64,000 nucleotides of DNA, from NCBI GenBank assembly GCA_963717505.1, contig OY970342.1, positions 832,001 through 896,000 on the forward strand, read 5' to 3'. A program made the translations under genes and the position numbers. A model generated the notes under the pieces. The model saw nothing but the letters and a program-made list of their open reading frames with translations. It was not told where the DNA came from and ran no database searches. How positions within the stretch are numbered: the first letter of the stretch is position 1; each line of letters begins with the position of its first letter. Below are positions 31,477 to 41,089 of this stretch, one piece after another. This DNA is from Candidatus Eiseniibacteriota bacterium. GTDB taxonomy: Bacteria > Eisenbacteria > RBG-16-71-46.

Positions 31477-32697
31477 ATGCACATGCCCGCCCGCAATTCG
31501 CTTGCCGTGATCGGCGCCGGACCGATCGGCCTCGAGGCTGCCGTTGCCGGCCTCGACGCCGGCCTCGACGTCCATGTGTTCGAGCGCGGCGACGTCGCCG
31601 ACCACATGCGCGCCTGGGGCCACGTGCAGATGTTCACGCCCTGGCGGATGAACGTCGGACGGGCTTCGGCGGCGCGCCTCGCGGGCTCGGGCTGGAAGCG
31701 ACCCGATCCGGAAAGTTGCCCGACCGGCGCTGATCTCGTGAGCGAGTATTTGGAGCCGCTCGGCAAGCTCGCGGAGCTGAAGGATCGCTTGCACACGCAC
31801 GCGCAGGTGGCGCACATCAGTCGCTCGGGTGCTCTCAAGGGCGACTCGGGCGCCGCGCGCGCCGCGCATCCCTTTCGGCTCCTGGTGCGCGATCAGGGCG
31901 GGCGCGAGAACTTCCTCCACACCTTCGCGGTGATCGACGCTTCCGGCACCTACGGGCAACCGGCGTGGGCGGGCGATGGCGGCATCCCGGCGCGCAACGA
32001 GCTGTACCTGGCGCCGCAGCTCTCCTACCACCTGGACGACGTGTTGGGCTTGAGGCGCGAGCGCTACGCGGGCAAGCGCACGCTGGTGATCGGCGGCGGT
32101 GCTTCGGCGGCGACGTTGGTCGGCGATCTGGCGAAGCTCGCCGATGAAGTCGCGGGCACGTCGGTCGTGTGGGTGACGCGCAAGCCGGCCGCCGAACTCT
32201 ATCGCCTCGCCGACGACCCCCTGCCGGTGCGCCGCGCGCTCTATCAACGGGCGCGCGAGCTGGCGAACGGCGGGCATTCCGCCGTCGTCCACGCCGGAGG
32301 CGCCCGGGTCGAGGGTTTCGAGTTCAATTCGGCGACGCACCGGTACCGCGTCACGCTCGAGATCGGCGACCAGCCGCGCGTCGAGGAAGTGGACCAGATC
32401 CTGGTGGCGACCGGCCTCGGTCCCGACAATTCGATCTATCGAGAGCTGCAGGTGCACGAGTGTTATTCGTCGCGCGGCCCGATGAAGCTCGCGGCGGCCA
32501 TTTCGGGATCGACGGACTGCCTGACCGCGCCGGTCGCCGGCGTCGACGTGCTCGCGAACCCCGAGCCCAACTTCTGGATCCTCGGGCACAAGAGCTACGG
32601 GAGAAGCTCGCACTTCCTGCTCGAGACCGGGTACAAGCAGGTGACCGAGGTGATCGCCAAGTTGGCCGAGGATCTGAAGCTGGCCGTTCAGGCCTGA
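31477..32697 (+). CDS. FAD-dependent oxidoreductase (flavoprotein monooxygenase-like)
   Basis: VIGAGPIG, VIDASG, VIGGGASA, ATG motif, C-terminal 'GHKSYGR..FLL.TGY.Q'. Confidence 0.88.
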   Translation: MHMPARNSLAVIGAGPIGLEAAVAGLDAGLDVHVFERGDVADHMRAWGHVQMFTPWRMNVGRASAARLAGSGWKRPDPESCPTGADLVSEYLEPLGKLAELKDRLHTHAQVAHISRSGALKGDSGAARAAHPFRLLVRDQGGRENFLHTFAVIDASGTYGQPAWAGDGGIPARNELYLAPQLSYHLDDVLGLRRERYAGKRTLVIGGGASAATLVGDLAKLADEVAGTSVVWVTRKPAAELYRLADDPLPVRRALYQRARELANGGHSAVVHAGGARVEGFEFNSATHRYRVTLEIGDQPRVEEVDQILVATGLGPDNSIYRELQVHECYSSRGPMKLAAAISGSTDCLTAPVAGVDVLANPEPNFWILGHKSYGRSSHFLLETGYKQVTEVIAKLAEDLKLAVQA

Positions 32698-32831
32698 AAA
32701 TGCGATTGCCGGGGCAGCCCGGTCGGTCTAATCTCCTCCCACGCGTGCAGGAGTCCCGCGTCGGCGCAGCGTCGCCATCGGGTCGCCGCCCGCCACCTTG
32801 CCCAAGGTGAGTGACCGGGTAGGAGTCTCCG

Positions 32832-35084
32832 ATGCGGTCCGTATTCTCGTTTCTGGCCGCGGCCTTTCTGGCTGCGGCGGCTTTGCCGGCGGTTGGCGGC
32901 GAGGCCAGCGCCCAAACCGATCCTATGGTGGGCAGTTCCCTGCCCTTCGTATCCCAGGTCGAGATCGGGACCCGAACCGCGGCGAATCCGGTTGAGCAGC
33001 CGCTCTGCCCCACGGACAGCATTCACGTCCGGCTCTCAGGTGAGTTCCTAAACACGTGCTACGCCATCGACGGCGTCACGATCCTGGAAACCAATCCCCC
33101 GTCGTTGCTCGTTTCCATCGATGACGGCTGTTACTCGATTTGCGGCCAGCAACCCCGACCCTGGCGGGTCGACGTCGTTTTTCCGCCGCTGCCCTTCGGG
33201 ACCTACAGCCTCTCGGTCACCTATACGAAGAACCTGTGCCCCGACAGCTCGGGCGCTGACACGACGTTAGGTACGGTCCGCTACCCGTTCATGGTCGACG
33301 AGTGTTCCCTGCCGAGCCCCTTGCTCCCGTACGTGAATTCGGTCGCGATCGAGCCCAAGTCCGGCAACCTGTTGATCTGCCCGAGCGACAGCATTCGGGT
33401 GCGGCTCGCCGGCGTGTTCCCCGACCACTGCTACCGACTGGAAGGCATTGGCGTCGCCGAGTCGTTCCCGCCGTCCCTCAACGTCCTCGTGGCCGTTGCG
33501 TGCAGCACCTACTGCATCCAGTCGCTCAAGCCGTGGGACGCCGAGGTGATGCTGCCGCCGATGCCGGCTGGGAACTACGGCCTCGGCATCACGGTCTCGC
33601 GCAATGTCTGCCCCGACGGCTCACGTCCGGACACCGTGCTCGGCAGCGCCCGCTTCCCCTTCGCGGTGGTCGATTGCCCGTATCCGCGGCCGTGCTTCAT
33701 GGAAGGCTGGGTGCAGAACGGCATCTGTGACGCGACCGTCGGTCCCGGACGTCCCGCGACCGTGACGTTCACCGTCGCTCCCGAAGTTCCGCTGGCCGGG
33801 CTCCAGGGGGAGTTCTCGCTCTACCCCGAAGGCCTTCGAATCACGAAGCTCGAGGCGGTTGGACCCGCGGCCGGCATGCACGTGACCTGGAAGCCCAGGG
33901 GCTCGGGCGCCGAGTTCGTGATGTTCGCCGAGAACGGCGCGCCGATCCCGGGCTGCAGCATCGTGGGGGACTCGGCGGGCAACAGACCGTGTCCCGTGCC
34001 CGTGCTCGCGGTCACGCTCGAGCAGACCGGGACCCACGCGCCGCCGGTCACCCACGTCACCGCCAGCGCTCTGCTCGGCTCGGACGTCAACGGCACGGGA
34101 GTTCCTCGGTGTCCGATCCTGACCCTGGTGCCGATCGAGGCGCGGGTATGCTCCGCCGAAGGCGGCTGCGACATCAATGCCGACGCCCGGCTCGACATCC
34201 GCGACATCGTGCTGCTCGCGCACTGCCTCGAAGAGCCCGACACGACCCAACTCGACCTGCGCGTTTCATGCCCGCCGGACTGCAACCAGGACGGGGAGCG
34301 CAATCTCGACGACGTGCTGTGCTGTGCGCGGCAGATCCTGCTCGGCCCGCCGTGCGTGGATTGCCCTCCGGACACCTCGGCCCCGCACCCGGCGCCGCAT
34401 GTCCGTGTCGCCTTGGGTGAGATCGTGGTGCGAGACGCGGTGGTCACGCTGCCGTTCTGGGTCGAGGGACTCGGCGACATCGGCGGGGCGTTGCTGTCGT
34501 TCGACTATCCCGAGGATCGCTACCAGGCCGTTGTCCGTTTCGCGGGAGCGGGTTCAGGTTGGCTACGACTGCAGGAAACCGCGGGCGGCGAATCGCGGGT
34601 CGGGTTGATGCGCTTCAACGATGGAAAGGTGGGCCCCATGTCCCCACCCGATGTCTGGCCGGACATGGCGCTCGAGTTGACGCTCAAACCCGGACGCGAA
34701 CACGGTGGCCGGGTCGCCGTGAATCGTGCCGAGTTCAGCGGCCCCGCGGGCGAGCGGCTGGCCGCCAATACGGCCCTGCCCTCCGTATCCCTCGGGAGCG
34801 TCGCCTCGATCGAGCTCTCGGAGCCACGCCCGAATCCTTCGCTCAATGGCACGCGCATCTCGCTGACGCTTTCGGTCGCGGCCGACGCCGAAGTTCAGGT
34901 CTATGACCTGGGCGGACGCGCGGTGGCGACCATCCACCGGGGTCCATTGCCCGCGGGCGTTCTCGAGTTGTCGTGGAACGGGCGACGCGACGGAGGCGGC
35001 GGCTTGAACGCCGGCATCTACTTCCTGCGCGCGACGGCGGCCGGGGCGAGCGCCATGCGCAAGCTCGTCGTTCTGGGTCGCTGA
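32832..35084 (+). CDS. Secreted Cys-rich multidomain protein with dockerin-like/cohesin-like domains and FlgD/T9SS-A-like CTD
   Basis: AGGAG RBS, signal peptide ...ASA|Q, two tandem 6-Cys domains, paired EF-hand-like DINAD..LD..D and DCNQDG..N..D, C-terminal 'RPNP...YDLGGR...GIYFLR...RKLVVL'. Confidence 0.85.
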   Translation: MRSVFSFLAAAFLAAAALPAVGGEASAQTDPMVGSSLPFVSQVEIGTRTAANPVEQPLCPTDSIHVRLSGEFLNTCYAIDGVTILETNPPSLLVSIDDGCYSICGQQPRPWRVDVVFPPLPFGTYSLSVTYTKNLCPDSSGADTTLGTVRYPFMVDECSLPSPLLPYVNSVAIEPKSGNLLICPSDSIRVRLAGVFPDHCYRLEGIGVAESFPPSLNVLVAVACSTYCIQSLKPWDAEVMLPPMPAGNYGLGITVSRNVCPDGSRPDTVLGSARFPFAVVDCPYPRPCFMEGWVQNGICDATVGPGRPATVTFTVAPEVPLAGLQGEFSLYPEGLRITKLEAVGPAAGMHVTWKPRGSGAEFVMFAENGAPIPGCSIVGDSAGNRPCPVPVLAVTLEQTGTHAPPVTHVTASALLGSDVNGTGVPRCPILTLVPIEARVCSAEGGCDINADARLDIRDIVLLAHCLEEPDTTQLDLRVSCPPDCNQDGERNLDDVLCCARQILLGPPCVDCPPDTSAPHPAPHVRVALGEIVVRDAVVTLPFWVEGLGDIGGALLSFDYPEDRYQAVVRFAGAGSGWLRLQETAGGESRVGLMRFNDGKVGPMSPPDVWPDMALELTLKPGREHGGRVAVNRAEFSGPAGERLAANTALPSVSLGSVASIELSEPRPNPSLNGTRISLTLSVAADAEVQVYDLGGRAVATIHRGPLPAGVLELSWNGRRDGGGGLNAGIYFLRATAAGASAMRKLVVLGR

Positions 35085-35092
35085 ACGAACAC

Positions 35093-36241
35093 ATGGTGCG
35101 ATCGACTCGCGGGATCGCGCGTGGCACCGCGCTGCGCGCGATCCTGCCGGTCGCACTGCTCGCAACGCTCGCCGCCGTCGCACTCGGCGGCTGCGAGAAG
35201 AAACCGACGCGAAGCACACCCGCGCCATCGCGCGCGTTCCGCCTGGCCATGGTGCCCTTCCCCGCCGAGCCCAACGTCGTCTCGTTCTACGAAGCCATGG
35301 ATTTCGTCGGTGAGCATGCCGACCTGGTCGTCCATCATTTCGATGACGGCGTGCCTTGGGACTCGGCCCTGGTCGGCCACGACCCGCCGCAATCCATTCG
35401 CGACGAGTTCGAGTATCGCCGCTACCGGGCGGCCCAACTCGGCATGCCGGTGCACGTCACGATCACCTGGCTCAGCACGTTTCGCGAGTCGCTGGCGACC
35501 GGACCGGGAGGTGCGCCACGCCCGCCGGCGATCGCCTCCGACGCCAACTTCGCGAATCCCGACGTCCGCCGGGCGCTCAAGTTCTGGTCGGCCTGGGTCG
35601 CGACCTACTTCGCGCCCGAGGCGTTCTCGCCCGGTATCGAGATCAACCTCTACGCTCGACACCAGCCCGCGGACTGGCCCAACCTGGTGTCGCTCTATCG
35701 CGAAGTTCGTGACACGCTGCAGTTGCTCAACACGCGGCTCAAGATCTTCCCGACCTGGCAGCTCGATGAATTGCACGCCCACAATCAATTCGGACTGCTC
35801 GCCGATCTCGACGGCAACCTGGATGTGGTTGGGCTCTCGCTCTATCCCGGCGGTTACGGGAAAACCCCGGCCACGATGCCCGTCGACTACTTTTCGCGGG
35901 TGCGCACATTCGTCAGCAGCAGCAAGCCCATGTGGGTCAGCGAAACCGGGTACGGCGACTCGGCGCTGGTCGCCCTCGGCGTCGAGGGCTCGGACGCGCT
36001 GCAGCGCGACTACATTTCGTGGCTGGTCGGGCAGGCAGAAACCCACGGCATCGAACAGCTCACCTGGTTCTTCCCGGCCGACGCCTGGGGCGTGATCGAG
36101 CTGGCGCCGCCGGCGGCGCGGGTCTGGCTCGAGTTCTTCGGCCCTATGGGGCTGCGCAAGCGCAACCTGGCGCGCAAGCCGGCACTGGATACGTGGGACC
36201 AACAATTGGCGAGACCTTATTCGGGGTCGCTGCCCCGTTGA
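35093..36241 (+). CDS. Lipoprotein, putative clan GH-A glycoside hydrolase (TIM barrel)
   Basis: Lipobox ALGG|C; 'GIEIN' (acid/base-like), 'SLYP', 'WVSETGY' (nucleophile-like). Confidence 0.7.
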   Translation: MVRSTRGIARGTALRAILPVALLATLAAVALGGCEKKPTRSTPAPSRAFRLAMVPFPAEPNVVSFYEAMDFVGEHADLVVHHFDDGVPWDSALVGHDPPQSIRDEFEYRRYRAAQLGMPVHVTITWLSTFRESLATGPGGAPRPPAIASDANFANPDVRRALKFWSAWVATYFAPEAFSPGIEINLYARHQPADWPNLVSLYREVRDTLQLLNTRLKIFPTWQLDELHAHNQFGLLADLDGNLDVVGLSLYPGGYGKTPATMPVDYFSRVRTFVSSSKPMWVSETGYGDSALVALGVEGSDALQRDYISWLVGQAETHGIEQLTWFFPADAWGVIELAPPAARVWLEFFGPMGLRKRNLARKPALDTWDQQLARPYSGSLPR

Positions 36242-36242
36242 C

Positions 36243-38693
36243 GTGACTCACGCCCTCGCCATTCCGATCCTGCTGGCCTCGCTCACCGGCGCGATCCCGG
36301 ATTCATCGAGCATGGCGCCGGACTCGACCGGAGCGATGCCGGTTTCGGTCGGGTCACTGCCGGACTCGAGCGCTGCCCGCCCCGACTCGGCGCGCGTGGT
36401 GCGCCAGTTCCCCGAGGTCGAAGTGCGTGCGTTGCTCCACGACTTTCGCTCGAGCCAGACCGTGCACCTGATTCCGCCGAGCGCCCTCCACTCGCTGCCG
36501 GTGGACGGCCTGGCCGACGTGCTCGAACTGCAACCGGGCGTCGTGGTGACCGGCGAGGAGCTGCATGTGCGCGGCGGACGCGCCGGCGAGACCGTGGTCT
36601 ACGTCGATGGGCTGCGCATCAACGAACCGCTGCGCAGCCGGTCGATGTCGGTGCCGCTGATCGGGCTGCGCAGTGCCGAGCTGATCAGCGGCGCCCCCGA
36701 AGCGCAATACGGCGGCGGACTCGCGGGCGTGCTCAACCTGCGCACCGCTGATCCCGCGGAGCGCCCGGAGTTCGAGTGGCGCTGGCAGACCGACGGCGGC
36801 CTCGACACGCGCTACGACCGGGTCGCTGCACGAGCCTCGACGCCCCTGCCGCGCGGTCTCGGCATGGTCGCTGCCGCCGACGTGACCTTTGACGACACCT
36901 GGCTGCCGGCGCTCGCCACGCAGACCCGGCACGACCTGGCCGGCTTGTCGGTGGGCTGGCGCGCGGACAATCACATGCTCGGCTCGCTCAAGATCGCGCC
37001 GGTCGGGCGCTCCGATGGGTTGAGCGCGGAGCTGTTCGCGGCCCGCCATGTGTATCAGCCATACAGTCCGAACTGGTCGGTCGACGGTTGGATCCTGGTG
37101 CCCGCGAACCTCAAGGTGACGCCGACCTACAGTCCGGTGCCGCTGCCCGGCTATCTGCGGTATATCGCCGCCGATCACCTGGCGATGACCGACGACCGCA
37201 GCGTGGCCTCACAGGTCAAGTACTCGATTCAGAGTCCGTCGTTCGTTGGGGGACTCGGCCTCGGCTGGCTCCACAACCGCACCTGGCATTCGATCCAGGG
37301 CCGCAAGACCGCGCACGATGCGATCGAGCGCCCGCGCTACGGCAGCCCGATCGACGTCGATGGCTTCTACGTCCTGTGGGGCGACGACCCGCTCTACCGC
37401 GAGAGCGGCAGCGACGTCTATTCGTTGCGGCTCGATGCCACGATCCCGAACACGCGCGGCTTCGTGGCCACCGGTTTCGGGATCAACTGCGAAGACGTGC
37501 AGCTCTACGAGCTGGACCACATGCCCCTGGCCCCGCGCTCGGCGGACGCTTCGGCGACGGTCCCACTCGACTCGGTGCGAACCTTCGACGTGCAGGCCCC
37601 GGGCTTCTACGGCTATCTTCAGACGCGCTGGAACTTCGAGGGCTTCGTGCTCAACGCCGGCCTGCGCGCGGAATACTTCGCCCCCGGCGAAGCCGCCACC
37701 GAGCAGACGTTGCCGGGCAGCGCGGACGGCCAATGGTCGTTCGGCCCGCGACTTGGCGTCGCCTACCCGATCTCGAACCGGGACGTGTTCTCGCTCGCGT
37801 ACGTTCGGATTCAGCAATCGCCCGGGCGCGATTTCCTCTACGACACGCGTACGGCGATCACCAATCGGCAACCACTCGGCAATCCCGCGATGGCGCCGGC
37901 GACGTCCATTTCGTACGAAGCATCGGTGAAACACGTGTTCGATCCGACCTGGGCGTTCCAGTCGTCGGTCTTCTATCGGGACGTGTACGGGCAGGTCGGG
38001 TCACTCGACCTCGAGGACCCCAATGGCCTCGTGAACCTACAGTACGTCGATGAAGATCAATGCCACTCGATCGGCTTCGAGCTGGGCTTCCATCACGCGA
38101 GCGGCGAGCGTGCGCGGTTCGATGCGGTCTACACCTGGATGCAGGCTTGGGGGAACGAGTCGCGGCCCGAAGGCGATCCCTATGGCCCCATCCGGTCGCC
38201 CAATACCCCGGCCCTGGGGACCCAGCCGTTGTCGTGGGACCGGCGGCATTCGATCGCGTTCAGCGGCAACTGGCGATGGCGGGAACGCTGGTCGCTGGGC
38301 TGGTCGACGGCGATCGGATCGCCGCTGCCGTGGACGCCCAAGCCCCGCCGCGAGCCGTTCACCGACTTGAGCCAGGTCAACAGCGAGCGGCTGGGATGGA
38401 CCGAGAACACGAACCTCTCGATTCAGTGGTCGCCGCGTCTGCTCGGACTCGCTTTCGGACTCGAGGTGCGCAATCTGTTCGGCGGCCAGTACCAGCGGGT
38501 GGCCACGGTCGACGGTTACCCGAATCCGACGATCAACACGACCTACGACGACTACGGCGCCTACCGCACTGAGACCGGGCAGTCGGGTGGCGGCTACTGG
38601 TCGACCATCAACGATCAGTGGGTCGCGGTGAACGATCCGCGGCTCTACACGCCGCCACGTATGGTCCGAGCCAGCGTCGGCGCCCGATGGTAG
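36243..38693 (+). CDS. TonB-dependent receptor-like outer-membrane protein
   Basis: Plug 'LELQPGV...LHVRGGR...YVDG...AQYG..LAGVLN', barrel strands (NAGLRAEYF, PRLGVAYPI), C-terminal Trp. Confidence 0.88.
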   Translation: MTHALAIPILLASLTGAIPDSSSMAPDSTGAMPVSVGSLPDSSAARPDSARVVRQFPEVEVRALLHDFRSSQTVHLIPPSALHSLPVDGLADVLELQPGVVVTGEELHVRGGRAGETVVYVDGLRINEPLRSRSMSVPLIGLRSAELISGAPEAQYGGGLAGVLNLRTADPAERPEFEWRWQTDGGLDTRYDRVAARASTPLPRGLGMVAAADVTFDDTWLPALATQTRHDLAGLSVGWRADNHMLGSLKIAPVGRSDGLSAELFAARHVYQPYSPNWSVDGWILVPANLKVTPTYSPVPLPGYLRYIAADHLAMTDDRSVASQVKYSIQSPSFVGGLGLGWLHNRTWHSIQGRKTAHDAIERPRYGSPIDVDGFYVLWGDDPLYRESGSDVYSLRLDATIPNTRGFVATGFGINCEDVQLYELDHMPLAPRSADASATVPLDSVRTFDVQAPGFYGYLQTRWNFEGFVLNAGLRAEYFAPGEAATEQTLPGSADGQWSFGPRLGVAYPISNRDVFSLAYVRIQQSPGRDFLYDTRTAITNRQPLGNPAMAPATSISYEASVKHVFDPTWAFQSSVFYRDVYGQVGSLDLEDPNGLVNLQYVDEDQCHSIGFELGFHHASGERARFDAVYTWMQAWGNESRPEGDPYGPIRSPNTPALGTQPLSWDRRHSIAFSGNWRWRERWSLGWSTAIGSPLPWTPKPRREPFTDLSQVNSERLGWTENTNLSIQWSPRLLGLAFGLEVRNLFGGQYQRVATVDGYPNPTINTTYDDYGAYRTETGQSGGGYWSTINDQWVAVNDPRLYTPPRMVRASVGARW

Positions 38694-38745
38694 GCTGAGC
38701 GCAATCCCGTTCCGTTCCACGAAGCTTTCGACCGCGGAGTGCCTC

Positions 38746-39312
38746 ATGCCCGACCGTCCGCTGTTCATTCCCGTGATCCTCGGCACGGTGCGCAAGGGGC
38801 GAAGGAGCGAGCAGGTCGCGAAGCTCATGGTCGACGAGGTCGCGAAGCGCCCCGGCGTCGAAACCGAGCTGATCGACATTGCGAAACTGCCCATCCAGGT
38901 CGACGACACCGGGACCGATGCGCCGATCCCGGGTTTCCGCGAGGCCATGGCACGCATGGACGGCCTAGTGATCGTGTCGCCCGAGTACAATCACGCCTTC
39001 TCGGGGCTGCTCAAGCACGTGCTCGACAGCGCGCTAAAGGAATACATCCACAAGGCCGTCGGCATCGTCGGAGTCTCCGCCGGTCCGTTCGGTGGCACGC
39101 GCGGCATCGAGAGCCTGCTGCACGTCGTGCGCGAGCTGGGATTGGTGAACATCTTCTGGGACGTGAACTTCGGCGCGGTGCACAAGCAGTTCGACGCCGG
39201 CGGCCGCCTGCTCGACGAAGCCTGGTTGCCACGAATCGACAAGTTCCTCAAGGAGCTGATCTGGATGTCGAAGGTCCTGCGTCACGGCCGGGAGCTGGTG
39301 GCGCTCGAGTAG
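38746..39312 (+). CDS. NAD(P)H-dependent FMN reductase
   Basis: GTVRKGRRS, SPEYNHAFSGLLKHVLD, GPFGG. Confidence 0.92.
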   Translation: MPDRPLFIPVILGTVRKGRRSEQVAKLMVDEVAKRPGVETELIDIAKLPIQVDDTGTDAPIPGFREAMARMDGLVIVSPEYNHAFSGLLKHVLDSALKEYIHKAVGIVGVSAGPFGGTRGIESLLHVVRELGLVNIFWDVNFGAVHKQFDAGGRLLDEAWLPRIDKFLKELIWMSKVLRHGRELVALE

Positions 39313-39322
39313 GAGGATTTCG

Positions 39323-39505
39323 ATGAGAGGCAAGCCACCGATGAAGTGCCCCGGGTGCGGGCAACCGATGAATCTTCACGGCGAGAAGCCGATGGACCCG
39401 CGCGACGAGGTCGAGCTGCGAGCCGTGGATGCAGCCCTGGGCGTCCTCATCGCGGAAGCCCACACCTGCCCCGCCTGTGGCCGGAACGAGTCGCGCCTCG
39501 GATAG
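39323..39505 (+). CDS. Small CPxCG zinc-ribbon protein
   Basis: CPGCG...CPACG; AGGAGG RBS overlapping the upstream stop. Confidence 0.75.
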   Translation: MRGKPPMKCPGCGQPMNLHGEKPMDPRDEVELRAVDAALGVLIAEAHTCPACGRNESRLG

Positions 39506-39599
39506 CCGACCGAGAACCCGCGGCCAGGCTGCGACTTCATCGGGTCCATGCTAGGGTGCCGGCCATGATTCGTGCGCGAACCAACCCCAGGGTTTCCGC

Positions 39600-40745
39600 A
39601 TGACCCGCACGCTCGACCGCCGTGCGTTCCTCGCGGGCGCCGGGCGCGCGGCCCTCGGCGCCGCCGCCCTCGCCCACCTCCCGTCGTGGGCGCACCAGGC
39701 CCTGGCCGCCGGACCGGCGGGCCTGATCGAGCGCAACGACTATCCCGAACACTGGGAAACCACGCTGGGCGCGCTCGACGGCAAGATCATCACGCCCAAC
39801 GACCTGTTCTTCGTGCGCAGCCACTTCCCGGTGCCGCGGCTGGAGACGCACACGCTCGAGGTCGCGGGACTGGTCGAGAATCCGCTCAACCTGACCGTGG
39901 CCGAAGTCGGCGCGCTGCCACGCACCGATCGCCAGCACGTGCTCGAATGCGCGGGCAACGGGCGCGGACTGATGAAGCTGGCGAACACCTCGGGCACCCA
40001 GTGGGGCTACGGCGCGGTCGGCAACGCCTCGTGGGGCGGAGTCCTGCTCTCGAGTCTGCTGCGCAACGCCAACGTCCTGTCCGACGCCAGGCACGTGTGG
40101 TTCGAGGGCGCCGACCGCTCGCCGCGTTCGTCGACGCCGACATTCACCCGTAGCCTGCCGATCGAGAAGGCGATGGCCGACGTCATTGTCTGCGACACGA
40201 TGAACGGTGCTCCGCTCCCGACGCTTCACGGCGGCCCCCTGCGTCTGGTCGTTCCCGGCTGGTACGGCATGGCGTGGACCAAGTGGCTCAACAAGATCAC
40301 GCTCGCCGCCGAGCCGGTGGTCAACCACTTCATGAATCCCGGCTATCGCTGGGTCGAGCCGGGCGGCGATCCGGCCTTGTCGCTACCGGTCGAAAACCTG
40401 CGTGTGAAGTCACTGATCACCACGCCGCTCGAGGGTGCGAAGGTGCCGGTCGGCAAGATCCGCGTGGACGGCTTCGCGTGGGCAGGGGCTTCAGGAGTGA
40501 AGCTGGTCGAGATCTCGTCCGACGGTGGCAAGACCTGGCAGCCCGCGGGCTTCGTCGGCGAGTACCAGGAGAACGCGTGGCGCCGATGGGCGACACAAGT
40601 GACGCGCGAGAAGGCGGGCAAAGTCAGCGTGTTGGCGCGCGCCACTGACAATGCCGGCAACGTCCAACCGGCCGAGCCCATGCTCAATACCGGGGGCTAC
40701 GGCAACAACGCGATCCACAAGGTGACCTTCAGTGTCACCGCGTAG
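39600..40745 (+). CDS. Sulfite-oxidase-family molybdoenzyme (SorA/SoxC-like), Tat-exported
   Basis: Tat motif DRRAFL, FFVRSH, LECAGNGR, HGGPLRLVVPGWYG..W.KWL. Confidence 0.92.
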   Translation: MTRTLDRRAFLAGAGRAALGAAALAHLPSWAHQALAAGPAGLIERNDYPEHWETTLGALDGKIITPNDLFFVRSHFPVPRLETHTLEVAGLVENPLNLTVAEVGALPRTDRQHVLECAGNGRGLMKLANTSGTQWGYGAVGNASWGGVLLSSLLRNANVLSDARHVWFEGADRSPRSSTPTFTRSLPIEKAMADVIVCDTMNGAPLPTLHGGPLRLVVPGWYGMAWTKWLNKITLAAEPVVNHFMNPGYRWVEPGGDPALSLPVENLRVKSLITTPLEGAKVPVGKIRVDGFAWAGASGVKLVEISSDGGKTWQPAGFVGEYQENAWRRWATQVTREKAGKVSVLARATDNAGNVQPAEPMLNTGGYGNNAIHKVTFSVTA

Positions 40746-41070
40746 GCTCGCGGCCGCGGTCCTGGTGACCGGCGTCGTCATGCTCCTGGCGATCGCGAGT
40801 GTGGCTCCGCGGCTGTCGGCACAGAGTTCGGGACCGCCGCGGCAGCAGCCCTACCCCAAGGTGTTGCCGGCGGGAGACGGCGCAGAACTCGTGGGCGCGA
40901 ACTGCGTGCTATGTCACTCGACGATGCTCATCACCCAGCAACACAAGGATTCGACAGGTTGGGAGAAGAGCGTTCAGCTCATGGAGCGCTGGGGCGCGCG
41001 ACTGGTGCCCGACGAGCACGCGAAAGTCGTCGCCTACCTGGTGGCGAACTTCGGGCCGGTGAAGCGATAG
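40732..41070 (+). CDS. Monoheme cytochrome c (SorB-like)
   Basis: Signal peptide, CVLCH, distal Met (QLMERWGA), YLVANFGP; overlaps the end of the molybdoenzyme gene. Confidence 0.88.
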   Translation: MSPRRLAAAVLVTGVVMLLAIASVAPRLSAQSSGPPRQQPYPKVLPAGDGAELVGANCVLCHSTMLITQQHKDSTGWEKSVQLMERWGARLVPDEHAKVVAYLVANFGPVKR

Positions 41071-41089
41071 CGGCTCGCGTTTTCGGGGA

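Noticed and set aside
31386-31838. N-terminal extension of the GT-C ORF
   Set aside because: Overlaps the divergent flavoprotein gene antisense; family-like sequence starts near 31385.
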